Source of the DNA: Candidatus Wolframiiraptor sinensis
GTDB taxonomy: Archaea; Thermoproteota; Nitrososphaeria_A; Caldarchaeales; Wolframiiraptoraceae
DNA: 64,000 nucleotides
Direction: 5' to 3'
Assembly: GCA_023261815.1 (NCBI GenBank)
Contig: JALNKA010000003.1
Span: 1-64,000 of the forward strand
This document shows positions 31,356-41,557 of this stretch, in pieces. The notes under the pieces are model-generated. The model saw only the letters and a list, made by a program, of their open reading frames with translations, was not told the DNA's origin and did not search any database. The position numbers and the translations under genes are program-made. Each line of letters starts with the position of its first letter. Within the stretch, counting starts at the first letter, position 1.

Positions 31356-31389
31356 TTTTTTAGAGACCTTTAAGGTGAGTTGATCCACG

Positions 31390-31752
31390 ATGGTTAGCCG
31401 GAGAAAGGTTGTCAAGCCGGGGCTCAAGCTGAGCATTGTCAAGGCAATACCGGGGAAGGCGAGGAAGACGAGATTCTGGAAGAGAATACTGGAAGAGGCG
31501 GAGAAATCTAGGAGGCGGAGGAGGGTCGTAAACCTTTACAAGCTCAATAGATTAACACGCAACGGCGACGTTGTTTATGTTCCGGGAAAGGTTTTGGGCT
31601 CCGGGAGCATTGACCACGCGATAACGATCTCGGCTTTCAGCTTCTCGCAAAAAGCCTATGAAAAGCTCTTGAAATCCGGGTGCACAATCCTGACGACGAG
31701 GGAGTTTGCCGAGAAATACCCGACCGGGAGCGGCGTGAAGATAATAGGCTGA
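31390..31752 (+). CDS. rpl18e: 50S ribosomal protein L18e
   Basis: VNLYKLNR, VPGKVLGSG, FSFS; located after rpoD. Confidence 0.93.
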   Translation: MVSRRKVVKPGLKLSIVKAIPGKARKTRFWKRILEEAEKSRRRRRVVNLYKLNRLTRNGDVVYVPGKVLGSGSIDHAITISAFSFSQKAYEKLLKSGCTILTTREFAEKYPTGSGVKIIG

Positions 31753-31803
31753 ACTCTCCTGATTAGCATCGGAGGAGAGTCAAAATAGAAGCTTAAATAG
31801 GTC

Positions 31804-33018
31804 TTGCCGGGTGATCTCGTGAATCGCTGGATATACCCGCCCATAGGCCTCGTGATAAACCTGATGCTTGGGACGATCTATAGCTGGAGCGTCTTCAGAA
31901 AGCCCTTGGAGAGTTTTTTCGGCTGGAGTGCTGTGGAATCGGGCTTACCATTCACGGTATTCTTGCTGGCCTTCGCCCTCCTCATGCCTCTCGGAGGAAA
32001 GCTGATGGAGGTTTTGGGACCTAGGAAGACATCGCTGATGGGGGGCGCGCTGGTGGGCCTTGGATGGTTTTTGACGAGCCTCGTTGCCGACCTACCCGAG
32101 CCCCTGATATTCACGCTAATCTTCTATGGCGTGATCGCGGGAGCTGGTGTAGGAATAGCTTACGGCGTCCCAATCTCGGTCTCGAGCAAGTGGATACCGG
32201 AGAGAAGGGGCTTAGCCGTGGGAGTAACGATACTGGGATTCGGTTTATCGCCGCTGATAACAGCCCCCATCGCGAATCACCTGATATACGAGGTCGGCGT
32301 CATGAGAACATTCGCATACCTCGGGATAATATTCGGAGCATTATTGATCGTGCTCTCGATCCCGCTCAGCTTCCCACCGGAGAGCTGGGCGCCGCCAAGC
32401 ACAAGTGCTCAGGCCGCGAAAACAAGGGTTCTGGCGGAGCTGGCGCCGAGGCAGATGATAAGGACTCTAACATTCTACGGCCTATGGCTCTCATACGCGC
32501 TTGGAACGCTCGGCGGCTTCACAGCAATATCGCTCGCGGCGAAATACGGGCAGGAGGTGGTTAAGCTTACTCCTGAGCTCGCCGCCGCCGCAACGGCAGC
32601 ATTCGCGGCCTTCAATGGCGCTGGAAGACCTGCCTTTGGCTATCTCTGCGATCGGCTTGGCGTGAGAAAGACCGCGCTAATATCGTTCCTCATAATCTTC
32701 GCCGCCGCGCTTGCGGCCACCCAGGCCCATATCCTGCCCCTATACTTGATCTCCTTCGCTCTCTTATGGCTGGTCTTCGGCGGGTGGCTCGCGATCGCTC
32801 CCGCTGGCACATCCACGTTCTTCGGTCTCAAGCACCTCGGCACAAATTATGGGATAGTCTTCACGGGATATGGGGCCGGCGCGCTCATAGGCCCAACCCT
32901 AGCGAGCTACCTTCAGACAATCACCGGGTCATATTCTCCAGCATTCCTAACAACAGCGGTTCTAGCGGTTATCGGGCTAATGATCTCCGCGGCCACGCTG
33001 AGGCCCCCGAAAGCATGA
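31804..33018 (+). CDS. MFS transporter, OFA/OxlT (oxalate:formate antiporter) family
   Basis: GTIYSWSVF, KWIPERRGLAVG, FNGAGR, FFGLKHLGTNYG. Confidence 0.88.
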   Translation: MPGDLVNRWIYPPIGLVINLMLGTIYSWSVFRKPLESFFGWSAVESGLPFTVFLLAFALLMPLGGKLMEVLGPRKTSLMGGALVGLGWFLTSLVADLPEPLIFTLIFYGVIAGAGVGIAYGVPISVSSKWIPERRGLAVGVTILGFGLSPLITAPIANHLIYEVGVMRTFAYLGIIFGALLIVLSIPLSFPPESWAPPSTSAQAAKTRVLAELAPRQMIRTLTFYGLWLSYALGTLGGFTAISLAAKYGQEVVKLTPELAAAATAAFAAFNGAGRPAFGYLCDRLGVRKTALISFLIIFAAALAATQAHILPLYLISFALLWLVFGGWLAIAPAGTSTFFGLKHLGTNYGIVFTGYGAGALIGPTLASYLQTITGSYSPAFLTTAVLAVIGLMISAATLRPPKA

Positions 33019-33090
33019 AGAATCCTCCAGGAGGCATACACCAAGATCTATATATTTAGGCCCCTTCATGCTGATCCGGGAGCCGAGGTC

Positions 33091-33591
33091 ATGGCTACTC
33101 AGGAATTGAGGGTGCTGGAAAAAAGAGCGAAGAGCGTAGTCGTCGATTTAACGATGCATAAGGTTGGGAGAGCCGCCTCTAGGATAGCCAAGATGTTGCT
33201 GAGCGGCGTTAGCGTGACGGTGGTCAACGCGGAGAAGGCCATAATCACGGGCAAGAAAAAGGCGATACTCGAGAGATATAAGTTCCTGACTTCTAGGAGG
33301 GCTCTCGTCTCCCTGAGGCGGCGCACGGTCTGGTACCCGAAGAGGCCCGAAAGGATATTCTGGTACACGGTTTATAGAATGCTTCCAAGGCATAATAGGC
33401 GCTGGAAGGAGGCTTTGAAAAGGCTGAAAGTTTATGCCGGGGTTCCCAGGGAGCTTGAGAATGTTGAGAAGATCGTGATCGAAGACGCGGTTCTCCGGGA
33501 GCCCATAAGCAGATCCGGCAGGATAATCAGGTACATGACCCTCGGCGAGCTGAGCAAAGAGCTTACGGGAGGGAGGATGAGCTATGGCTGA
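33091..33591 (+). CDS. rpl13: 50S ribosomal protein L13
   Basis: GRAASRIAK, VNAEKAIITG, PKRPERIF, RLKVYAGVP. Confidence 0.93.
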   Translation: MATQELRVLEKRAKSVVVDLTMHKVGRAASRIAKMLLSGVSVTVVNAEKAIITGKKKAILERYKFLTSRRALVSLRRRTVWYPKRPERIFWYTVYRMLPRHNRRWKEALKRLKVYAGVPRELENVEKIVIEDAVLREPISRSGRIIRYMTLGELSKELTGGRMSYG

Positions 33592-33982
33592 GGCTCTCAG
33601 GATATTCGTTGGAAAAAGGAAGACGGCGGTCGCGCGTGTTCTCATCAGGCCGGGCGCGGGCAGAATACTGATAAACAATCAGCCCCTCGAGCACTTTGGA
33701 AACGAGATTGTCAGGATGAAGATATTGACTCCCCTCTACTTCGATGAGAAGTTTTGGAAGAGCCATGACTTCGACGTGAAGGTTGAGGGCGGTGGGGTCA
33801 TGGCCATCGCCGACGCGGTCGCATTCGCCCTGGCGAGAGCGGTGGCAGAGCATAATGAGAGGGCCGGCGAGGAGATAAAAAGCTACAATAGGGTGCTGCT
33901 GGCAGGAGATCCGAGGCAGGCGGAGCCGAAGAAGCCCAACAGGAGATCCGCTAGAAGATTCAAGCAGAAGTCCTATAGGTAG
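33584..33982 (+). CDS. rps9: 30S ribosomal protein S9
   Basis: GKRKTAVAR, VEGGG, DPRQAEPKK, QKSYR. Confidence 0.95.
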   Translation: MAEALRIFVGKRKTAVARVLIRPGAGRILINNQPLEHFGNEIVRMKILTPLYFDEKFWKSHDFDVKVEGGGVMAIADAVAFALARAVAEHNERAGEEIKSYNRVLLAGDPRQAEPKKPNRRSARRFKQKSYR

Positions 33983-34705
33983 CTATTCCTCGACCCTGAC
34001 TCCCTTAATGACGCCGTTCGAGAGAATTGGGACGATGTTCGATACATCCTCCATCAGGCAGAGTTCGAGATCCATCCCCCACCCGATCTCTCGGAGATAT
34101 CGCGCGGTGCGGCTCTGCAGCACGAGGCTTCTCCAGTCCTCATTCTCGTAGGCCAGCTTGGCCAGGAGCGCGGTGTCAGAGAGCTCCTCTTCACCGAGCC
34201 TAGAGACTATCGCTCCAGCCCCTATAACGTCTTCCAGGGACACGAGCTTATCCGGGATGTGTCCGCATGCGATTATCGAGACGCTGTCGAGGCCGAGCCT
34301 CTTAAGGTACTTAGCGACGGCGCTGGCATTCACGAGCCCCCCGATGATGAGATGCTTGGCGTGGTTCATGTGCCTAGAGACGACTCTTATGAGGTTGGTT
34401 GAGCAGTAGATTATCCTTCTTCCCTCCACGCGCGCTCGGATGAGCAGGCTGGGCGAGATATTGAGGTCGAATTCCCTTGGAGTTATCCCCATCCTCTCGC
34501 CGACGAGCAACACCTGCTCGCCAAGCCTCCTCCTGAGTATCCTAGCCTTATCGAGCGAGTTGCAGGGAATGATCTCCACCGCCCCATTCTCCAAAGCTTT
34601 GACGAGGGATGTGCTTGACCTGAAGATGTCCACGACTACCAGGTTCTCGGCGGGCTCTTTGGGAGGACCTAACACCACGTCTACCCGCATCATTTTTTGC
34701 CGCAA
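33983..34705 (-). CDS. comB: 2-phosphosulfolactate phosphatase (ComB) family
   Basis: VVVDIFRSSTS, GERMG, FDLNISP, STN, SLEDVIGAG. Confidence 0.85.
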   Translation of the reverse strand: MRQKMMRVDVVLGPPKEPAENLVVVDIFRSSTSLVKALENGAVEIIPCNSLDKARILRRRLGEQVLLVGERMGITPREFDLNISPSLLIRARVEGRRIIYCSTNLIRVVSRHMNHAKHLIIGGLVNASAVAKYLKRLGLDSVSIIACGHIPDKLVSLEDVIGAGAIVSRLGEEELSDTALLAKLAYENEDWRSLVLQSRTARYLREIGWGMDLELCLMEDVSNIVPILSNGVIKGVRVEE

Positions 34706-34785
34706 AGGTGCTCAATTTTAAAGATTTACAACTCGCACTACGTTAAAATAATGATGAAAAGGTCCTAATTCGGGGTTGTCTGGAC

Positions 34786-35046
34786 ATGATGTTTCCGATT
34801 AGGTGCTTTAGTTGCGGCGCGTTGATCGCGGATAAGTGGGAGGAGTATTCTAGGAGGATTGAGGAAGGCGAGCATCCCGGAAAAGTCCTGGATGATTTGG
34901 GCATAAAGAGATACTGCTGCAGGAGGATGTTCCTGAGCCACTGCGAGTATTTCGACGAGATAGTTAAGCTTCACGCGCTTTATGGATCCAAGCCTTATCT
35001 CAAGACCGAGAAGGAGGAGGTGGAGGAGAATGAGCCTGAGGCTTGA
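34786..35046 (+). CDS. rpoN: DNA-directed RNA polymerase subunit N (Rpo10)
   Basis: [15 protein letters not shown]. Confidence 0.96.
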   Translation: MMFPIRCFSCGALIADKWEEYSRRIEEGEHPGKVLDDLGIKRYCCRRMFLSHCEYFDEIVKLHALYGSKPYLKTEKEEVEENEPEA

Positions 35047-36280
35047 GAAGCTGAGGGCCAGAAAAGTTTACAACAGCCGGGGAGAGGAGACGATCGAGGT
35101 TGATGCCTGGGTTGATGGCGCCTTAGGGAGGGCGGCTGCGCCGGCTGGAAAGAGCAAGGGCGGGAAGGAGGTGATGTACTACCCCGAGGGCGGTGTAGAT
35201 GAGTCTCTGAGAATCATTAATGGCGAGCTGGCCGCTAGGCTCAAGGGCCTCGACGTCTCGGATCATGAGGCCCTCGATGAGGCCTTGAAAAAATATGATG
35301 GGACAGTGGATTTCCGGAGGCTGGGGGGTAACGCGGCCTTTGCTATCTCGCTCGCGGTGGCCATAGCGGCGTCGAACGCGGCTGGGAAGCAACTTTACGA
35401 GCATCTCCGGATCGTCGATTCATTTAGGCTGCCGTATCCGCTCGGGAATGTGATTGGCGGCGGCGCTCATGCTGGTAGGGGCGCTCCGGATTGGCAGGAG
35501 ATGCTAGTGAGCCCGATCGGGGCGAGGAATGTGGAGGACGCTGTTAAGGCGAACTTCATGGTCCACGCGAGGGTCGGGAAGCTCCTTGACAAGCATCTGG
35601 GAGGATTCACGCTCGGTAAGGGCGATGAGGGCGCATATGCGCCGCCGATAAAGACCGAGGATGGTCTTCGGCTCTTGAAGCAGGCGGCGGATGAGATCTC
35701 GGATGAGCTCGGCTTCAAGATAAGGGTGGGCGCTGATGTCGCGGCATCAAGCCTCTGGAACCCTAAGAAGAGGAGATACGTTTACCCGACGGAGGGGGTT
35801 GAGCTCGATCGGGAGGCGCAGATGAGCAGGGTCGCTGAGTGGATTGACAAGTATGAGCTCTTCTACGTCGAGGACCCGCTCGAGGAGGATGACATGGAGG
35901 GCTTCGCCGACCTCTGCAGGCAGGTGGGCGAGAAAGCACTCATCTGTGGCGATGATCTGATCGTGACGAATCCGGAAATCCTAAGCCGGGCGGCTGAGCT
36001 AAAAGCCGTGAGGGCGGTGATAATTAAGCCGAATCAGGTGGGCTTGCTCACCACGGCCATGAAATCCGTCAAGATCGCTCATGAGAATGGGATCATATCC
36101 GTGGTCTCTCACAGGTCTGGAGAGCCCCCGGAGGGGCATTTAGCTCAGCTCGCGGTAGCTTGGGGTGGAAAGCTCCTGAAGGCCGGGGTGGTCGGCGGAG
36201 AGCGGGTCGCAAAAGCCAACGAGCTCCTGAGAATAAGCGAGATTGTTGGCTTGGATAAGATGGCCGAGCTCAAGATTTAG
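35030..36280 (+). CDS. eno: Enolase
   Basis: NSRG, GGNA, GGGAHA, GDEG, EDP, GDDL, IKPNQ, SHRSGE; ATG 35030 overlaps the rpoN end. Confidence 0.93.
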   Translation: MSLRLEKLRARKVYNSRGEETIEVDAWVDGALGRAAAPAGKSKGGKEVMYYPEGGVDESLRIINGELAARLKGLDVSDHEALDEALKKYDGTVDFRRLGGNAAFAISLAVAIAASNAAGKQLYEHLRIVDSFRLPYPLGNVIGGGAHAGRGAPDWQEMLVSPIGARNVEDAVKANFMVHARVGKLLDKHLGGFTLGKGDEGAYAPPIKTEDGLRLLKQAADEISDELGFKIRVGADVAASSLWNPKKRRYVYPTEGVELDREAQMSRVAEWIDKYELFYVEDPLEEDDMEGFADLCRQVGEKALICGDDLIVTNPEILSRAAELKAVRAVIIKPNQVGLLTTAMKSVKIAHENGIISVVSHRSGEPPEGHLAQLAVAWGGKLLKAGVVGGERVAKANELLRISEIVGLDKMAELKI

Positions 36281-36410
36281 AAATCCCTCCACCGCTCCTT
36301 TTCCCCTCCTTGGAGCATCTCAACCGCGCCCGAGAAGACTTGGTTCCCGGGCTTCCAGAGCCCGGAGGTAATATTTTTTAGAGGATTTGATTATCGGCGT
36401 GGAAGCGGAC

Positions 36411-37040
36411 ATGAGCGAGGAAGCAGTCGACTCGATGGAGAATATACAAGAGCTCTTCATCAAGAATGGCCTCTACATAGGCTCGAGGATAAGGGTCAAG
36501 CACATGGAGAGGTTCATCTTCAGGCTTAGGCCGGATGGCGTCTATCTAATAGACCTGAACAAGATAATTGAGAGGCTGAACATTGCTGCCAGATTCATCT
36601 CGTATTACAGGCCCGAGGAAGTCGTTGTGGTCTCAACGCACGTCTACGGCGTGGTCCCCGTCCGAAAGTTCTGCGAATACACCGGCTGCATACCGATTGT
36701 GGAGAAGTTCGAGCCGGGGACGTTCACGAACCCGAGCCTTAAAACCTACTTGGAGCCCGAGCTGGTCCTAGTCTCCGACCCGAGATATGATAACCAGGCA
36801 GTGGTAGAGGCGAAGATAGCCAGGATCCCCACGATAGCGATGTGCAGCACGGATAACATGATCTCGAACGTGGACCTCGTGATCCCCGTGAATAATAGGG
36901 GGCGCCTCGCCCTACCCTACGCCTTCTGGTATCTAGCCAGGAGAGTTTTGATCGAGAGGGGTGAGATGACTCCCGAGCTCTCGGAGAGGCTTAAACCGGA
37001 TGAGTTCCTCCAGATAAGGGTGCAGCAGGCTAAGGCTTGA
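36411..37040 (+). CDS. rps2: 30S ribosomal protein S2
   Basis: RPDGVYLID, PGTFTNP, DPRYD, VDLVIPVNNRG. Confidence 0.94.
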   Translation: MSEEAVDSMENIQELFIKNGLYIGSRIRVKHMERFIFRLRPDGVYLIDLNKIIERLNIAARFISYYRPEEVVVVSTHVYGVVPVRKFCEYTGCIPIVEKFEPGTFTNPSLKTYLEPELVLVSDPRYDNQAVVEAKIARIPTIAMCSTDNMISNVDLVIPVNNRGRLALPYAFWYLARRVLIERGEMTPELSERLKPDEFLQIRVQQAKA

Positions 37041-37818
37041 GCCTCGTCCCGGGAACCGGGAGCCCCAGAACCGCGTTCCTCAGCCTATCCTCCGCCAAGC
37101 CATTGATGAAAAGCACCTCGACGCCCGTCTCGGCAGCCGCGAACCCCTCCTCTATCTTCCGGGATATCCCGCCGGTCACGTCCTCAACGCTGCCCCCAAT
37201 TGGGGCTATGCTCATTCCCCGGGAAAACTCCTCCGCGACCTTGACCCCGCCCGTCGCCCAATCCCTAACGTAGATTCCATCAACGTTCATGGCGAAGATC
37301 AGTCTCTTGGCCCGGAGCCTGACTGCGAGGTATGAGCTTATCTCGTCGCCGGAGAGCACGGTGAATCCCAGATCGCGGTCGAAGACCACGTCTCCGGATG
37401 TTATGGGGACGAGGCCGAGCCTTAGGGCTGAGAGCACGGGCTCGAGATTGCACGTGCTTATTCTCCCAGATCTCGTCGTAAATATTGATGAAGCTGGTAT
37501 TGAGATGGCCATCAAGCCCCCTTCGATGAGACTCGATAGAACATCGAGGCAAAGCACTCTGACGACTCTGGACGTCTCGATGAAGCCTCTAAGGCCGCCC
37601 CTGCTCCTCAGCCCCTCCGAGACGGAATACTCCTTCGCGACCGGATGAGCATATGAGCCGCCGCCGTGGACGACTATGAGGTCCGCCCCCGACCTCCCAA
37701 CCGCCTCGGCGAGCTCCCTTCCAAGCCTCCTAACAACCTCAGCATTCAAGGAGAATCTCCTGCTCTTATCGGTTATTAGGGATCCACCGAGCTTAACGAT
37801 GATCAGCGGCGGCCCCAA
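37030..37818 (-). CDS. ipk: Isopentenyl phosphate kinase (amino acid kinase family)
   Basis: VKLGGSLITDK, VHGGGSYAH, SGD, DVTGGI..K; probable TTG start at 37818. Confidence 0.88.
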   Translation of the reverse strand: MGPPLIIVKLGGSLITDKSRRFSLNAEVVRRLGRELAEAVGRSGADLIVVHGGGSYAHPVAKEYSVSEGLRSRGGLRGFIETSRVVRVLCLDVLSSLIEGGLMAISIPASSIFTTRSGRISTCNLEPVLSALRLGLVPITSGDVVFDRDLGFTVLSGDEISSYLAVRLRAKRLIFAMNVDGIYVRDWATGGVKVAEEFSRGMSIAPIGGSVEDVTGGISRKIEEGFAAAETGVEVLFINGLAEDRLRNAVLGLPVPGTRLKP

Positions 37819-37861
37819 ACACCGGCACCAAAAATATTTCCGCCCGGACTCAATATAAGGT

Positions 37862-38344
37862 ATGCTCATGGATTACGCGAGCCCGCCGAGGAGCATTAGG
37901 ATCGAGCAGGCGAGCCTAGATGATCTCGAGGAGCTTTATGAGCTCGAGAGAAAATGCTTCGGCGGGGACGCTTATACGAGATCCATCCTTAGGCTGCTGC
38001 TGATAGATCCGAGCTCGATCCCGCTGAAGGCCGTTAATGCAGAGGGCGAGCTCGTGGGCTCGGCGATAGGTAGGATCGAGAAGATCGGCGGCAGGATCTT
38101 GGGTCGAGTCTACACGCTGGATGTTAGGCCGGATTTCCGCAGAAGAGGGATCGGGGCAGCGCTCCTGAAGAGGCTCGAGGAGGAGTTCAGGAGGCTTGGA
38201 TGTGAGAAAGTGGTGCTGGAGGTGGCGGTCGATAATGAGCCGGCGATAAGCCTCTACAAGTCGCTCGGATACGAATTCATATCTAGGTTGAAGGACTATT
38301 ATGGCCGCGGCAGGGACGCATATCGGGCTGAGAAGGATCTATAG
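37862..38344 (+). CDS. GNAT N-acetyltransferase (RimI/Ard1-like)
   Basis: RRRGIG, LEVAVDN..AISLY..LGY, YY..G.DAY. Confidence 0.9.
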   Translation: MLMDYASPPRSIRIEQASLDDLEELYELERKCFGGDAYTRSILRLLLIDPSSIPLKAVNAEGELVGSAIGRIEKIGGRILGRVYTLDVRPDFRRRGIGAALLKRLEEEFRRLGCEKVVLEVAVDNEPAISLYKSLGYEFISRLKDYYGRGRDAYRAEKDL

Positions 38345-38386
38345 CGGAAACATTTTCTAGATCCCCTAGTCGAGATCCCGTCGAGG

Positions 38387-39307
38387 TTGAAGATGCTGAG
38401 CGATGCGTGGAGATCGCTTGTGGCAATATTCTTGGCGCTGTCACTAGCGCTAGCGTTAAGCTGCCTCGGTGCGGAGGCTCAGCTCGATGGCGCTGATATG
38501 GGGGAGAACCTCCTCTGGCTCACTATAGTGATCGCCGGCATGGATAGCATTAATCCCTGCGCATTCTACATACTAACCTTCCTGCTCAGCATCCTGATCT
38601 GCGCGAGGGATCGCGTCCGCATCCTCCTCATCGGCGGGATATTCGTCCTCATCTCAGGTCTCGCCTACTTCCTCTTCATGACCGCCTGCCTGAACGTCTT
38701 CAGGATCCTGAGCGCGCTCGGCCCATTCTTCCTAATAATCATGATAATCGTGGCGGCCGCCGGCGCCATAAACGTGAAGGACTACTTCGCTCACGGCCGC
38801 GGCCCATCCCTAGGCGTATCAGAGAGAAGTCTCGCCAAGATAGGCAAATCAGCTAGAAGACTTGCGCGCGTGAGCTCACTGGGAGCTCTCGCGGCGAGCT
38901 CGGCGGCGCTCGCCTTCACGGTCAATATCTATGAGTTGGCCTGCACCCCTGGATTCCCGCTCTACTACACGAGCATCCTAGCATCGCTCGGCATAAGCTA
39001 CATCGAGTACTACCTCTATCTCGCGCTCTATAACCTAATATACGTCATGCCGATGCTCGGGATAGTCCTCGCATTCGCCTATACTCTGGGGAAAATGAGG
39101 TTGTCCGAGGCCTGGTCGAGGAGGATAAAATTGTTCTCGGGATATCTCATGATCGCGCTCGCCCTCTCGATGATCGCGAGGCCATGGGCTCTCGCCTTCC
39201 TAGACACGACCCTACAGCTGATCGCCGCATCAGCCGTCGCGGCGATCCTAACTATAATAGTCTATGAGCGGGTTATGCGCAGAGGATTCCGTAAGCTATC
39301 TTTATGA
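38387..39307 (+). CDS. DsbD/CcdA-like thiol-redox membrane protein
   Basis: DSINPCA and ELACT.GFP paired cysteines in a multi-TM protein. Confidence 0.7.
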   Translation: MKMLSDAWRSLVAIFLALSLALALSCLGAEAQLDGADMGENLLWLTIVIAGMDSINPCAFYILTFLLSILICARDRVRILLIGGIFVLISGLAYFLFMTACLNVFRILSALGPFFLIIMIIVAAAGAINVKDYFAHGRGPSLGVSERSLAKIGKSARRLARVSSLGALAASSAALAFTVNIYELACTPGFPLYYTSILASLGISYIEYYLYLALYNLIYVMPMLGIVLAFAYTLGKMRLSEAWSRRIKLFSGYLMIALALSMIARPWALAFLDTTLQLIAASAVAAILTIIVYERVMRRGFRKLSL

Positions 39308-39331
39308 GCTCGGGGGCATCCTCACCACTAG

Positions 39332-40036
39332 ATGCCGCTAGCCGCAAAGATCTTCGAGATAAGGGCTGAGACGGCGCTCGAGGAGATAGCTGACAAGCTT
39401 ATGGGCTACAGGGTCGTCGAGGAGAGGGAGGAGGACGGCCAATCCTTCGAGCTCATAACGGAGGTTAGGGATCTGGATCTCAAGAGCGATAGGCTCGAGG
39501 GCGTGTTCAGCAGGGATAAGCTGATAGTCGTTAATCAGCGCGGGAGGCTCGTGCCGGTGCTCAAGACGGTCGAGGCGAGGATAATCTTCAGGAGAGCCGA
39601 AGATCTCATGCTCCTCACCGTCGTTCAGAAGAAGCACTTCGCGAACGCCGTGGCCTCGCTCCTCTCCCACCACCTCTTCCTATCCTATAAGGCAATAACA
39701 GAGGCCAGAGTCTCGCCATCAGTGATGAGGGAGTTTCATGAGAGAAACCCGGAGGGAACAAAGGTGATATACTTCGACGACCTCGACTTCGTGGACGTCG
39801 ATAAGCTCGCCCTCTACGGCGACTCCCTGAAGAACACTGCTCTCTACGAGGAATACCTCAGGCATGGCAAGATCCACTATTTAGTTTATCAAGTCCCGGA
39901 AAAAGGTTATGTAATGGGATTAACGCGAAACTGTGTAGTAACCTCGTTCACAAAAATACCGATTGATGAGTTCATAAATTATATTGAACAAGTAATTATC
40001 CCTTTGATAATCAAAAGTAAAAAAAGTGAATGTTAG
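39332..40036 (+). CDS. Hypothetical protein, chimeric: the last ~52 codons come from an inserted element
   Basis: GC-rich host codons up to ~39879, abruptly AT-rich afterwards; a second copy of the C-terminus lies at 41648-41811. Confidence 0.85.
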   Translation: MPLAAKIFEIRAETALEEIADKLMGYRVVEEREEDGQSFELITEVRDLDLKSDRLEGVFSRDKLIVVNQRGRLVPVLKTVEARIIFRRAEDLMLLTVVQKKHFANAVASLLSHHLFLSYKAITEARVSPSVMREFHERNPEGTKVIYFDDLDFVDVDKLALYGDSLKNTALYEEYLRHGKIHYLVYQVPEKGYVMGLTRNCVVTSFTKIPIDEFINYIEQVIIPLIIKSKKSEC

Positions 40037-40039
40037 TCT

Positions 40040-40100
40040 AAAGGTAAAAAGGAGGGAAGGGGAAAGAAAGGTGGAGGGGTTGTGTTCCTCCTTTCTTTTT
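40040..40100. terminator. Putative bidirectional terminator between the replacement tail and the endonuclease
   Basis: Purine tract AAAGAAAGGTGGAGG followed by complementary TTCCTCCTTTCTTTTTT, between convergent stop codons. Confidence 0.4.
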
Positions 40101-40816
40101 TATCTATCTTTTTTGTTTGATGATATCTTTTCTCTGAGAGTCTCCATTTTTCTTCGTATAGTGAATCCGACAGCATCATAGAATTTAATTAAATTCTCCT
40201 TTCGTCTGATCTCTAAAATGTAAATGTGGTCTTGTTTATACTTGTACCATTTTCCTGTTTGTTTGTTAAAGAATGTTGACTTTAGACGTCTTTGGGTTGT
40301 GATTGTGGCCTCGATTCCTAAATCGTTTAATAGCTCTTTAACAAGCTCTAAGAGCGCCTTATTATAGTTGGCTGCAACTATCTCGTATCGCCAACGTTCT
40401 TTGACAATACAGCCTTCCGCATCGAAGAAGGCTCTACATGCTTCTATAGGGTATTTCTTGAGTATATGTCGGACCGAGGTCACGTCCTTACATGCTTCGG
40501 CAAGTATCCTGCATAATATAACGCTCCTTCCAACCACTGTCCAGCATTGATGATTTTTGTCCCAAAACGGTTTATAGGCCCTCCTTTTGCCAAGACTTAT
40601 TGCAAGGCATTTCCCCCACTCGGCGGCAAATTCGTAATCCACCGACCTTAGCATTATCCCATAGTGATGGTGCCTAAAATCTATAGTGAAAGCCCCATCA
40701 CCGAGCCATCCGGCGATGGTGTAGGAGAGTTCTGGACACTCCACCACCCTATTGTATCGACGTAGTATGGGTTTAACTTCAAAAAGTTTTTGGATAATCC
40801 GTTCAGAAGGCATCAT
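40100..40816 (-). CDS. Free-standing double-motif LAGLIDADG homing endonuclease
   Basis: Motif 1 LSYTIAGWLGDGAF, motif 2 ACRAFFDAEGCI, N.N..LLE.VKELL..LGI, FYDAVGFTIRRK; AT-rich. Confidence 0.9.
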   Translation of the reverse strand: MMPSERIIQKLFEVKPILRRYNRVVECPELSYTIAGWLGDGAFTIDFRHHHYGIMLRSVDYEFAAEWGKCLAISLGKRRAYKPFWDKNHQCWTVVGRSVILCRILAEACKDVTSVRHILKKYPIEACRAFFDAEGCIVKERWRYEIVAANYNKALLELVKELLNDLGIEATITTQRRLKSTFFNKQTGKWYKYKQDHIYILEIRRKENLIKFYDAVGFTIRRKMETLREKISSNKKDR

Positions 40817-41147
40817 TACGTCACCTCGAAGAACACGTCCTCGACGGGGTCATAGCATACGTGCGGCTTAGAATTCCAACAGTGCCCATATAAATTCTCC
40901 TAGTCATCCTCCATCTCTCTCCGTCCATTAGCTCGGCTCCCATTCTACCGGCCCCCCTAGCCAGAATCCTCAAAGCCCTCCTCCTCGACCTCGCCGTAAG
41001 ATACCTCTAAGCGATCGCGTTCATCCTCCGATAAAGCCGGCTCCAATCCTCGTCGAAGGCTTCTCCAGGAATTCTCCGATCTGAAGCTGGAGAGTAGATC
41101 ACCATATCACCCGATAAAGCCGCTCTATCTCGTTAGGAAGGCCATGG

Positions 41148-41500
41148 ATGCCGAATTGGGAGAGAGGTCAGCGTAGCCAGTATAGGAGGCGTCAAGGGCA
41201 GGGAAGCATTGTTGTATTATGTTCATCCACCGTGATGCCCGGAATATACGCCATAATAGTCAAGCCGAGAAGCGATCTCGAGATAAAGTATCCATGCAAG
41301 GTCAGGATGGAGGATGGAGCGATAATAGTGATAGACAGGGAGAGGGCTGAGAAAGTGGCTGAGGAGAAATGATGCTAAGCGATCCAATACTATTGCTGGT
41401 TGAGGCTAATGGGGGCAAAGTGGAGGGCAGGAGCATTCAGGGGATGATATATCTTCTGGCGCGCGTCCTCAGGTTACCATTATCGCGGGAGTCCTTTTAA
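41148..41500 (+). pseudogene. Two short overlapping ORFs or remnants inside the element
   Basis: 41148-41372 (..MPGIYAIIVKPRSDLEIKYPCKVRMEDG..) coupled by ATGA to 41369-41500 MMLSDPILLLVEANGGKVEGRSIQGMIYLLAR..; both look truncated. Confidence 0.4.
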
Positions 41501-41532
41501 GGGTAGTCTCGGAGGCTGTGAGCATGCCGAGA

Positions 41533-41557
41533 CTAGTTAAGCTAGTTAACTAGTTAA
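41533..41557. repeat. CTAGTTAA x3 short tandem repeat
   Basis: ctagttaa g ctagttaa ctagttaa. Confidence 0.7.

Noticed and set aside
30031-31442. Long ORFs 30031-30798(+) and 30564-31442(-)
   Set aside because: They are antisense shadows of the macro-domain and rpoD genes.
36346-36366. Hairpin CCGGGCT..AGCCCGG before rps2 as a regulatory RNA
   Set aside because: A single short GC hairpin in a GC-rich genome, with no further support.
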